Positions 39,749-49,200 of a stretch of DNA of 64,000 bases are shown here, one piece after another; within the stretch, counting starts at the first letter, position 1; each line of letters opens with the position of its first letter. Origin of the DNA: a virus. The translations under genes and the position numbers were made by a program. The DNA lies in the IMG/VR virus record IMGVR_UViG_3300025120_014916, positions 64,001-128,000 of that record, one strand, 5' to 3'. The notes below the pieces were generated by a model. It made no database searches and was not told where the DNA came from. It saw only the letters and a program-made list of their open reading frames with translations.

Positions 39749-40444
39749 TTAGCCTCCTTTAAGAAAATCTTCATACAATCTAGAGGTTTTCTGGTGTATG
39801 TTTTCTGGGTCTTTTGATATATTATCAATTTGTTCTTTTTCTAGAAAACTATAGATTAATCTTATCGATTTTTTATCTTTATTTTCTGGAATGACAGCAT
39901 GCAAACCCGATGTATCAAAAAGTATCGCTTTACCTTTACTGGGTTTTACTATCCGTTGTTTTAAAAGTCCAAATATCTGCCTATCATATGTATTATCCGG
40001 AAAGATCAGCCTATTCGATCCTTCCAAGTAAGCTAGCCTACCATGATCTTTTTCACTCTCATCAAATATAGGATAATATATTATTTTAACACCTGCAGGT
40101 GCATGCCCTATCAAGTTTCCCTTTTGATTATAATACGTATCCCTATGCCAATTCATATAGCTATTTTCATCTTCAACAATTCTGATCTGGATGTGAAACA
40201 AAGTTAAGTCTCTTAGCGTAGCCTTTCTAATTGTTGATTTTATATCGTTTTTCTTCAAAACGTTTAAAAAACAAGGATCATATGAAATTACATTCGGTCT
40301 TAAATCATAAGTTTTGTTATACTTTGATTTAAGAAAATAATCATCTTTTACTTTAAGCTCTAAAATTTCACTTAGGATATCTTCTAGTAATTCATCTTGG
40401 AAGTCGACATCAGTTATACCACTTTTATAAAATGACTTGTACAT
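39749..40444 (-). CDS. 2-oxoglutarate/Fe(II) dioxygenase, PhyH-like
   Basis: WHRD (HxD); L.YLEGSN; GKAILFDTSGLHAV (distal His); R.IRL (2OG Arg). Confidence 0.8.
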   Translation of the reverse strand: MYKSFYKSGITDVDFQDELLEDILSEILELKVKDDYFLKSKYNKTYDLRPNVISYDPCFLNVLKKNDIKSTIRKATLRDLTLFHIQIRIVEDENSYMNWHRDTYYNQKGNLIGHAPAGVKIIYYPIFDESEKDHGRLAYLEGSNRLIFPDNTYDRQIFGLLKQRIVKPSKGKAILFDTSGLHAVIPENKDKKSIRLIYSFLEKEQIDNISKDPENIHQKTSRLYEDFLKGG

Positions 40445-40571
40445 TTAAACACTCTTTTTTCTAATAACGATTAGATATATTCTTAAAAATATATATTTCT
40501 AAGTAACCGTGCTGATTTTTATTAGTTTTTAGATTTCTTTTATTAAAAATTTTAGTTAGTTTTTTCACTTT

Positions 40572-41288
40572 TTACGCCTTATTATACTTTGATACTAAAA
40601 CTTGACCGTAGTCTATTTGATCGTCAGGAATCCTTCTATCATCAAAAAATATTCTTCTGTCCATGATTATTAATTCTTTTTTATAGTCTTTGATATCATC
40701 AATAACTCTTGAACACTCAATATCTTTTTGATTTTTTGTCGGCATATGATAGTCATCAAATAGAACAAATTTTTTAAAATGTGTTTTTGCATATTCCCAA
40801 TCATTTTTTACTGCTTCGTACTTGTGATCACCATCAATATATACAAAGTCGAATAATTTATCTGGATTTGATTTATAATATTCATCTCCTGTGCTTTTTA
40901 CAAAATTAATTTTTTCGAACCATTCACGTGGAAATATTTTAGTGAGTTGTTGTAGAAATTCTTCGTTTAAATTGGGATCAACTGTTGTGATTTGGCCTGC
41001 AATACCGTGATCACACATTGCTTTTGCCATACACATTGTCGCATATCCTCTACCAAAACCTATTTCTAGTACAGATTCGAACTCTAACTTTCTTAAAAGG
41101 TGATACATTAATATTCCTCTTTCATAGTTAGGCCTAAAAAAACAACCTGCGTTTTTATATTGCGCTTTGTCAGGTGTTCGGTTTTTTTTTGCTGTGTACT
41201 CGCCAATAACATCAAAGTCACCTAATGAAATGTCTTCTAAGAAAACTCCCATATTTTTTAACTTTTTCTGGATCATGATTTGTTTCAT
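40572..41288 (-). CDS. SAM-dependent methyltransferase (Methyltransf_24-like)
   Basis: VLEIGFGRGY; ITTVDP; FDFVYIDGDHKYEAVKND; VLFDDY. Confidence 0.88.
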   Translation of the reverse strand: MKQIMIQKKLKNMGVFLEDISLGDFDVIGEYTAKKNRTPDKAQYKNAGCFFRPNYERGILMYHLLRKLEFESVLEIGFGRGYATMCMAKAMCDHGIAGQITTVDPNLNEEFLQQLTKIFPREWFEKINFVKSTGDEYYKSNPDKLFDFVYIDGDHKYEAVKNDWEYAKTHFKKFVLFDDYHMPTKNQKDIECSRVIDDIKDYKKELIIMDRRIFFDDRRIPDDQIDYGQVLVSKYNKA

Positions 41289-42220
41289 TTTATTATCTCC
41301 TTAAAATATTCATCGTAGCTGTTAATATGCAATGTGTCAATCAGGTGTTTGACATTGTTAAAATTTTCATTTACACTATCAGCGACAATATTTAATTTTT
41401 TGTTAGTGATTTTATCTTCTTTATTATACACAGTGTTTGCAGATAGTAAATTATATTGGCCGACTGGGGTTGTGATGATTGGTTTTTTAAGATAGGCACA
41501 CTCAAATATTGCCTGTGGGCCGCCTTCGCATCTTGAACTTACAATGTACAAATCTAAAGCATTATATAATTGATTTACCTTTTCATTATCAGGTAATTCA
41601 AAATATGTGTATGGTATTCCTCGTTTCTCCAACTCAACAATCACATATTGCCTTCGCCATCCTGCTAAAATAACATGAACATTCTTGAATTTAGATATAT
41701 CAGATACTTTGTCAACAAAAATATCCGGCCCCTTTTCAAGCTTAGGTGTTTTTAAATCTGACCCTTCTGTATCTCTTTGAAAACTACCGATCAAGTATTT
41801 GTCTTGTGGTAATCTTAATAATTTTTTAATTAAATTAGTGTCAATCTCTTTCCATATATCAGTATTAATCCAGTGAGGAATAATCTTGACAGGCTTTTTA
41901 GAAAGAGACTGTATTAGCTTTTTAGTCCCTTCATTGTAGGTTAAATAATGGTCTACAATCTTGTCTCTTATTAAAAAATTTGCTTTTCTTTCCTTATCAA
42001 ATTTCCATGGTACTTCATGGTGAATTGTACAAACAACTGTATTTTTTTGGAGAACATGTACAGGTATTTGATTCCAACACCAGCTACCTAGAAGCCATAT
42101 TATTTTTGTATCGGAGTCAATAGTATCAAAACTAACATCAAAGCTTGACGTTGACTTAAACTCGTGACCCATCCTGTCAACAATCCAGCCTTCACGTGGT
42201 ACATGACAAAATAATTTCAT
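41285..42220 (-). CDS. Glycosyltransferase family 4
   Basis: FQRDTEG...EKGPD; YNALDLYIVSSRCEGGPQAIFECA...PIITTPVG. Confidence 0.9.
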   Translation of the reverse strand: MKLFCHVPREGWIVDRMGHEFKSTSSFDVSFDTIDSDTKIIWLLGSWCWNQIPVHVLQKNTVVCTIHHEVPWKFDKERKANFLIRDKIVDHYLTYNEGTKKLIQSLSKKPVKIIPHWINTDIWKEIDTNLIKKLLRLPQDKYLIGSFQRDTEGSDLKTPKLEKGPDIFVDKVSDISKFKNVHVILAGWRRQYVIVELEKRGIPYTYFELPDNEKVNQLYNALDLYIVSSRCEGGPQAIFECAYLKKPIITTPVGQYNLLSANTVYNKEDKITNKKLNIVADSVNENFNNVKHLIDTLHINSYDEYFKEIIK

Positions 42221-43173
42221 AATATATCTCCCATAACATCACAATAAGCATTAATGCACTGTTCGAAACTTGTTGCTCTTTTATTTGTTTCTTTATCTTT
42301 AAAGTCACTACGAATTACTACTTCTTTTGTCTTGCTAAATTCCATTTGTGGCGGATTATACAATTCGCAAGGTTTAAAATCCCACTCAGCTTCTAAAATA
42401 ATAATTCCATTATCAACAACTTCATGAGTCCCACCCGTAGAAGAACATATTATTTTGCAACCTGCAGCTTGGGCATCAACTACAACGTTTGGGCAATGAT
42501 CAAGATATGCTAAGTGAACAAACGTTGTTGATCTGTGGTATAAGCAGATTAACTGTGGGTAATTTAACTTTCCTAAGTAATGTATTCTAGCACCTAGACT
42601 GGTATAGTACTCTGATTTGTCACCTCCTAAATCTCCCGCTATAGCAAAAACAGCATTGTCAGGGGCATGATCTAAAAAATAACGAACATTGTCTTTTAAT
42701 CTTTTATGAGGTCGCCAGGATGCAGCGCAAGACCAAACTTCTTTATCTTTTGGCCATGGCCAATCTATTTTCTTACTTAACTTCAGCACATCGGGATGAC
42801 TAATTATTTGAGGATCTGCCGCGTTATGTATTACATGTCCGTTTTCATGAGGACCAAACCAAGATTCAGTTAATTTTTTGTTAAAATTAGATTGAAATAT
42901 CACAGCATCTGCATTTTCATATGCAAACTTAATTGGTGCATTCTGTCTATTATAGTCTTGATCAGAATTAAACCATATACCATCCAAACGAAGAACCATA
43001 GGTTTAACCTTATGCACTTGCTGTTGAATTAAACAGAATTCAACGTCAGCATCCGATTGATTATTTGTAATGCTTACATCTTTGTTTTTAATGAGTGAAT
43101 TAAATAATGTTCTAGAAAACTTATTAGGACCGCTATTAGATTCAGGATTAAAGTTGTGCGTAAAAACTTTCAT
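42217..43173 (-). CDS. Glycosyltransferase family 4
   Basis: SGPNKF; ASWRPHKRL; FVHLAYLDHCPNVVVDAQAAGCKII. Confidence 0.88.
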   Translation of the reverse strand: MKVFTHNFNPESNSGPNKFSRTLFNSLIKNKDVSITNNQSDADVEFCLIQQQVHKVKPMVLRLDGIWFNSDQDYNRQNAPIKFAYENADAVIFQSNFNKKLTESWFGPHENGHVIHNAADPQIISHPDVLKLSKKIDWPWPKDKEVWSCAASWRPHKRLKDNVRYFLDHAPDNAVFAIAGDLGGDKSEYYTSLGARIHYLGKLNYPQLICLYHRSTTFVHLAYLDHCPNVVVDAQAAGCKIICSSTGGTHEVVDNGIIILEAEWDFKPCELYNPPQMEFSKTKEVVIRSDFKDKETNKRATSFEQCINAYCDVMGDIL

Positions 43174-43511
43174 CTTTCATAATCATCCGCTAATCTAACT
43201 ACATCTTCTAATTCTGGTGTGCTAACTTCTAAAAGTCTGGTTGGCTGATTGCCTCTTGGAGCTCCAAATCTATGAACCTGCCCTGGTTTGACGTGATAAA
43301 CTGTGCCTTTATTGAAAATAAATTTACCAGTTTCGTCGTCAGACACCCATACTATTAGTTTTCCTTCTAGAACATATATAGTTTCTTCTTTTTTTTCATG
43401 ATACTGTAGACTTAGCCTGTGGTTCGGCAGTATTGTTAGGATTTTACCTACATATTTATCTGTTTCTGCCCATATTTCTTCGTATCCCCACGGTTTCTCA
43501 ATTTTTCTCAT
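43170..43511 (-). CDS. Cupin, mannose-6-phosphate isomerase type II C-terminal-like
   Basis: EKPWGYE; RLSLQYHEKKEETIYV; PGQVHRF; LLEVSTP. Confidence 0.88.
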   Translation of the reverse strand: MRKIEKPWGYEEIWAETDKYVGKILTILPNHRLSLQYHEKKEETIYVLEGKLIVWVSDDETGKFIFNKGTVYHVKPGQVHRFGAPRGNQPTRLLEVSTPELEDVVRLADDYER

Positions 43512-44218
43512 TTAATAAAACCTCTTGCTCTTACTAGCCTAACTGTGTCCATCTGTTCTTTTTCGCTTAATAGTCTTACCGGTATACTTTTTGAATTAAT
43601 TCTATAAAGGTAGCATATTTCATTAATAAATTTTCTTTTACTACTTACACTTAGAAGCGGTAAATAAAGAGCCTGGTCGTATCCTCGCTTAAACCATTTT
43701 CCGTCTAGATCTTTAAAATTATCATCACTAATATTGGCTAATATGTCTGCCCGCCATGTTTTTAAATGAGAACTACACCAAGAAAACTCATAAGGGTTGA
43801 TACCTTCAGGCAATCCTCTTGAAATATTCATTCCATTAATGTCCCAAGTATGAGAAGTCCAAGCTGTTCCTAGTTCGTCGTCTTTGTAAGTATTTAATAG
43901 AAGCTCAACTGTATTCTCGTTGCAAAGAGAATCATCACCGTCTATATTTGCTATTATTACATCAGAGGTAGTCTGATACTCTCTTGCTACTTTAATGACA
44001 TTTTTAAGGGCCCATCTTTTTTCTTGATTTTTTCTGATTTGAAAATGGTCATCATTTCGAGTTAACTCACAAGCAACATTAAAACTATTATCTGTCGACA
44101 TGTCATCAATTAATATATGATACCAGTTATCATTTGTTTGTTCTTTCATTGATTGAATTAGATCAGGAAGATGTTCTGATGCGTTATACATCGGTGTTAT
44201 AAATACAACTTTTTTCAT
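43508..44218 (-). CDS. Glycosyltransferase family 2
   Basis: FITPMYNA; ILIDDMSTDNS; ANIDGDD; SHLKTWR; YDQAL. Confidence 0.92.
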   Translation of the reverse strand: MKKVVFITPMYNASEHLPDLIQSMKEQTNDNWYHILIDDMSTDNSFNVACELTRNDDHFQIRKNQEKRWALKNVIKVAREYQTTSDVIIANIDGDDSLCNENTVELLLNTYKDDELGTAWTSHTWDINGMNISRGLPEGINPYEFSWCSSHLKTWRADILANISDDNFKDLDGKWFKRGYDQALYLPLLSVSSKRKFINEICYLYRINSKSIPVRLLSEKEQMDTVRLVRARGFIK

Positions 44219-46137
44219 TATTCTACTCCTCTACTTGCCAGCCAGGCTTTCATTGCTTTAGGGTGATCTTTGTTTATTTTCAGCCATGGTGTAGGTTTGT
44301 TAAAATCTACTCTAGAATGGAAAATCCACCCACCTATTTCTGTTTCCATTCTTTCCGCGAGACTAGTGATATCTTTATCAGACACATCTGACCATTTTCT
44401 ATCAAAAAACATATTATTTTCTGGGATATCTTCTGTGATCTTATTGTAAAGACTGGTCCAGTGTTTGCTCCAGTAATTTTTATAAGTATGTACCTTTCTT
44501 TCAATATCAAACCACGAATAATGGTAGATTGTTGGTAGTTCTGTTATTGCTGAATTAATAAAATTTTCATAATGTGATAAATTATCTTTTCTAAATTCTA
44601 AGTTTTCCATGATTTCATGTCTAAACTTTGCATGATCAGGTGTATAGAAGTTCATATGAGGTATAGGTTCATAATTATCAGTGTGAATATAGTCACATCC
44701 GTCTGATCCTAATGAGAAAACATTTCCATTTTCATCATATTTTCTATGTTGTGCAGGTATCCCGTGAGTTATGTGGGTATCATTTCTAGAAAGCCTCCAT
44801 TTCCAAGGGTTGACATCAACTCGAACTTTTCCTTGCTTGCCCCAATAATCAATGATAGGTAAGCAAACAATTTTTACTGATTTAGGGATGGTTCTGGCTA
44901 GTCTGCTTACCTTTTCATAGTCATCTTCATGTATAACTTCGTCGATATCTTGTTGCCAACACCAGTCTTTAGTGCATAGTGTTCTTGCAATTGCCTTTTG
45001 CTGTCCGTCAAATACTGCAAATCTATGGTCGTTCCAGTCTCTTTCAAACTGGTATACTTTTAATTTGCCTTTATTTTCTTCTGCTAAGTAATTTAAAGCT
45101 TCCCAAGTTCCGTCTTTTGAACCTCCGTCAACAACGATAACTTCGTCACAAAATGCTAGCATTGATTCAATAGATGCTTGCCATGGATAATCAGACTCAA
45201 TTACATCTTTTGTTGTTGTGTAGCCGCTAATACTGACCGGTCGTTCTATATGTTCTGTTATTTTATTCCAAAATCTATTGTGTCCTTCTAAAAGATACAT
45301 TTCAATAAATTCTCTGTCTTTGTTAAACCACACTTCATTAGCATGTTGAACATTTTCATTAAGAATTAATTCTAGACCTAAAAGTTTTGCTTCAATGACT
45401 AGTCTAGGACACGTGTCATGACCAAGTGGCTGAGAAACCAAACCTTTGAACTCTGAGAGTCTTAGAAGTAAATCGCTATATGATAGTCCACCTAGTAACT
45501 CGTAAGCCTCTCCTCGATCATCTAGGTAGCTTTTAGATTCATCTACACCTTTGATCCATGAATTGCCATCAACAACAGCCCACTTATCATTATTTCCAAA
45601 AGCTTTTCTGGATCGATTGAGACCTTCTATTTGTTCTAGATCTTTAATATTAAAAACAGAGGATAAAACTGATGAGTTTTCTGATAAGAAAGGAAATCTT
45701 TCTAGATATAATTCACGTTGTTTTTTGGACATGTAAAATAAATGTTCAGCAGCTGTATAAAAAGCGGAAATAATTTTTCCTACTTGTTGCTGATGACAGT
45801 CACAATCGTTACCAGTCTCTCTTTTATGTAATTCCAAAGATCTGTATTGACAGAACTTATAGTCATATTCTACAACAAAGTAGTAGAGGTTCTGGACAAT
45901 GAAAGGAATAAGATTATGGTCCATTCCTCGAAAATTAAAGAAGACCCATGTTTTTTGGGCCCCTTGTTGAATCTGTTGCTGTGTTAGGTCACTTGATTTT
46001 ATGCAATGGGTTTTATATGGTGCTGTTTGGAGAAGTGCATCTGTTGTTAATTCTCCTCCTCCTGCATATTCCTCACGGAACATATCAGCTACAAAAATGA
46101 TCCCTGCCGCTTCAAATGAAGTCAAATTCTGTGTCAT
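44218..46137 (-). CDS. Two-domain glycosyltransferase (GT-B/GT4-like fused to GT2-like)
   Basis: N-half: GGGELT...DTCPRLVIEAKLLG (GT4-like). C-half: ISGYTTT...FCDEVIVVDGGSKDGT...WCWQQDIDEV (GT2-like). Confidence 0.85.
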   Translation of the reverse strand: MTQNLTSFEAAGIIFVADMFREEYAGGGELTTDALLQTAPYKTHCIKSSDLTQQQIQQGAQKTWVFFNFRGMDHNLIPFIVQNLYYFVVEYDYKFCQYRSLELHKRETGNDCDCHQQQVGKIISAFYTAAEHLFYMSKKQRELYLERFPFLSENSSVLSSVFNIKDLEQIEGLNRSRKAFGNNDKWAVVDGNSWIKGVDESKSYLDDRGEAYELLGGLSYSDLLLRLSEFKGLVSQPLGHDTCPRLVIEAKLLGLELILNENVQHANEVWFNKDREFIEMYLLEGHNRFWNKITEHIERPVSISGYTTTKDVIESDYPWQASIESMLAFCDEVIVVDGGSKDGTWEALNYLAEENKGKLKVYQFERDWNDHRFAVFDGQQKAIARTLCTKDWCWQQDIDEVIHEDDYEKVSRLARTIPKSVKIVCLPIIDYWGKQGKVRVDVNPWKWRLSRNDTHITHGIPAQHRKYDENGNVFSLGSDGCDYIHTDNYEPIPHMNFYTPDHAKFRHEIMENLEFRKDNLSHYENFINSAITELPTIYHYSWFDIERKVHTYKNYWSKHWTSLYNKITEDIPENNMFFDRKWSDVSDKDITSLAERMETEIGGWIFHSRVDFNKPTPWLKINKDHPKAMKAWLASRGVE

Positions 46138-46206
46138 ATGTATACTCCTGTTTCTAGAAGTATACTATGATAAAAGATAATTTATAATATCAAGTCAGTA
46201 TTAATA

Positions 46207-49200
46207 TCAAGTACCGAACGTCTTAACACCGTAAAGTCTTACTAGCCATTTCCCTGCGCCGTAAGTTCCTGCGTCAGACGTACCACCGTTTCCATTAGCA
46301 AGATATAAATAATAGTTATGAAGTCCATTTGTATATGCAGGATCTGTTGATCCTGGAAATGGGCCAATTTGTTCTTTATACTTACTTACAATCCAGTCGC
46401 CATCTGCATCAATTAATTTTGCAAAATCTCCACCAACTCCGCCACCTTCTGGTTGAAGATCTGATTTTGCATAAAGGTCTAAGTCGGGTTCTCCTGTTGT
46501 TGGAGCTTCTACACAAATCATTTCTGCCTTATATATTAAACCGTTTACTCCTGAATTAAGCCTTGCGAAATATGCGTTAGCTGCACCGGAACTGTCGCCT
46601 ATTATTCTTGCACCTGATCCGGCTGTTGACACCATATTATCAATATTTATTTTAAACGTTGTAACAACTTCATTGTTTATTTCTTGAACGTCAGCAGTTG
46701 GAGCGCCGTCCTCTCCGCCATCGAAACCATTACCACCAGCTGTTGTTGTACCAGCGTTCATTGTTACAGCGCCGCCATGATTAATTTCTAGTTTTGCAGC
46801 AACACTTGTTGCGTCTTCAGACTTAGCTGTAAAAAACGCTAGTTTTGTTTGGTTGTTAGCTGAATCAAATTCAGCTTCTGCGATTGCCTGAATAGAAGCA
46901 CAAATCTCTTGTGCATCTGTTCCAGATTCACCAATTGCCTGAAAATCTATTTGACCAACAACTTCATCAGCAACTAATGCTGCCTCACTAGATAATAAAT
47001 TAAGCCTGACTGGACTGTTATCACCTGTTGGGATTCCTAAAATAGTGAATCCGGCTGCAGGTACGTGGGCTACAAGAGAATTTGATCCGTCTTCGTCATA
47101 TTCAATATAAGCATCTGAATCTGTTCCAAATAGTAACTTTTTATCGTCTTGTATTAACACATCCTTGAAGAATGTAACAAGCTCAGAGCCACCTGTTGTT
47201 GCAAACTTTGCATAAAGATTACTGCCTTCTTTGATTACTAGTGCATCAGCTTGATTATCCGGTACTAATATTGCATTTTCACCTGCTTTAGAAAACTCGA
47301 GGGTACCTCCTGCGATTTCCAAATCGGTTCCAATTGTTAAGGGAGATCCACCGTTAAGTGACCCAGAAATTACAACGTCGCCACCGAATACTGCAGTTCC
47401 TAAGGTTGCTGTACCTCTAGAGCCTATCGATCCCGACACGAAGAAGTTAGTATCTGCGTAGAGAGATTCATTAATAGAGTTTGGTGACCCGTTAACACCT
47501 GATAGAATCAATACTCTTTTTGATTCTTTTATTCTAAATGTTTCTTGGTAAGGGTTTACGGTATTGCCTGAGCCGGCTGCGAGCGCTGATTGAAATATAA
47601 TGTCGCCGCCCGAAGCACTACCTTTACCTCGGCCTGCATTTAGAAATAGATCACCACCACCAAGATTATTATTACCACCAGCGGTCGCATTACCTGCATC
47701 GATGATAAATTTTCTACCTGCAACGTTGTTTGCAACCGTCGCTGATTCTATTGTTGCATCATTTGTATTTATTGTATCACCCAATATAACTGTGGGTATT
47801 CCGCCTCCGTTAACAACCAGTTTACCGCCCACAAGCATTGAAGATTGAACATGAACTGAATCATCTGCAGAAGATCCGGAAAGAATAACTTTGGCTGTAT
47901 TTGATTTAATAGTAACGCCACCTGCTGTCGACTCAATTTTAATAGCGTCATCTGCATTTCCGGATGTATTTGTTAACGATATCTTTTCATTAGCCGCAGT
48001 TCCGTGTGGAGTAAACACCATTTCAGTGGCTGAGGTTGGTCCTATTTTTAATGTTTTTCCATTTATCAAATTAGGTGCTATAAGCATGTCACCAGCAGTA
48101 GCGTCTATCTTAATAGCATCAGTGCCAGTACCGGCTGCAGTAATAATAATTGATGAATCATTTGCACCAACTTGTGCAATTGTTAAATCTTCTCCTGCAG
48201 TAGAAGAAGTGACAGTCAAGTTTACATCATCTGTTCCGTCGATAGATATTGTGGTTCCATCAATTGTCACAGCACCGGAAGCATTTACATCAAAAGTCGT
48301 ACCATCCATCGTGAACGTTCCATCAATATCTACATTATCTAGATTTGAAACTCCATCAACAGCAAGATCAGTTGTAACTGTCAAATCACCTGCAATAGTT
48401 GTTGTTGAAGCTGCACCTGCTGCTATTGTGACATCAACTTGTCCATCTGTTGCGTGTTCACCTTCAAGCTTAAGACCTGTTGTCATTGCAGTATTTGTAC
48501 CGTCACTTTCTGCAACTTGTAATTCTAATGTTCCCGCCTCGTCTGTTTCATCAGATTCGCTAATAGAAGCAACAATTCCAGCAAACTGTGTGCTATTGTT
48601 TCCTTCGTCTTCACCAAAGAATGTAATCTTACCAAGTATTTCACCGTCCTCTGTGTCTGCTGCGTCCTTAAGAAATTGCAATTCACCAGAAGAGGCTGCT
48701 GTTGTATTTGTTGTTTTGATTGTTACAACAGGTTTTCCATCGGTTGCGGAATCAATTATAACTGCCGGACTAGTAACTGTCAATGATGTCGAAGCTGCAA
48801 TTGATTGTGTCGCTGCGGTTGTTGTCATTGAAGTTGCATCTAAAGTTGCTGCACCCGTTACATCAATATCTAGAATACCTGCATCAATTTGAACTTCAGA
48901 TGCCGAATCTGCGTCTGCATCTATATGAAATGCGACGCCGGCAGTATGCGCAGTCTTTAAAATAATGTTACCAGCAGCGTTAGTGGATTCAATATCAATT
49001 GGATGAGCGCCAGTTGAAGTGAAATCTAGACCACCAGCAGAAGTAATGCCAACTGCTGCTGCTGCAGTTCCTGCAGAATCGATTGTTATAGCAGTACCCG
49101 CATCAAGTTCAACAGTTGCTGCGTTAACGTCTACTTTTGTAGAAGTATCATGACCCACTGTTATTGTTTTTGCTTGACTGATATTACCAATTTCGATATT

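Noticed and set aside
24100-46137. Reading the island as a bacterial LPS/capsule locus
   Set aside because: No flippase, polymerase, chain-length or export genes were seen, and it is flanked by baseplate and tail fibre genes.
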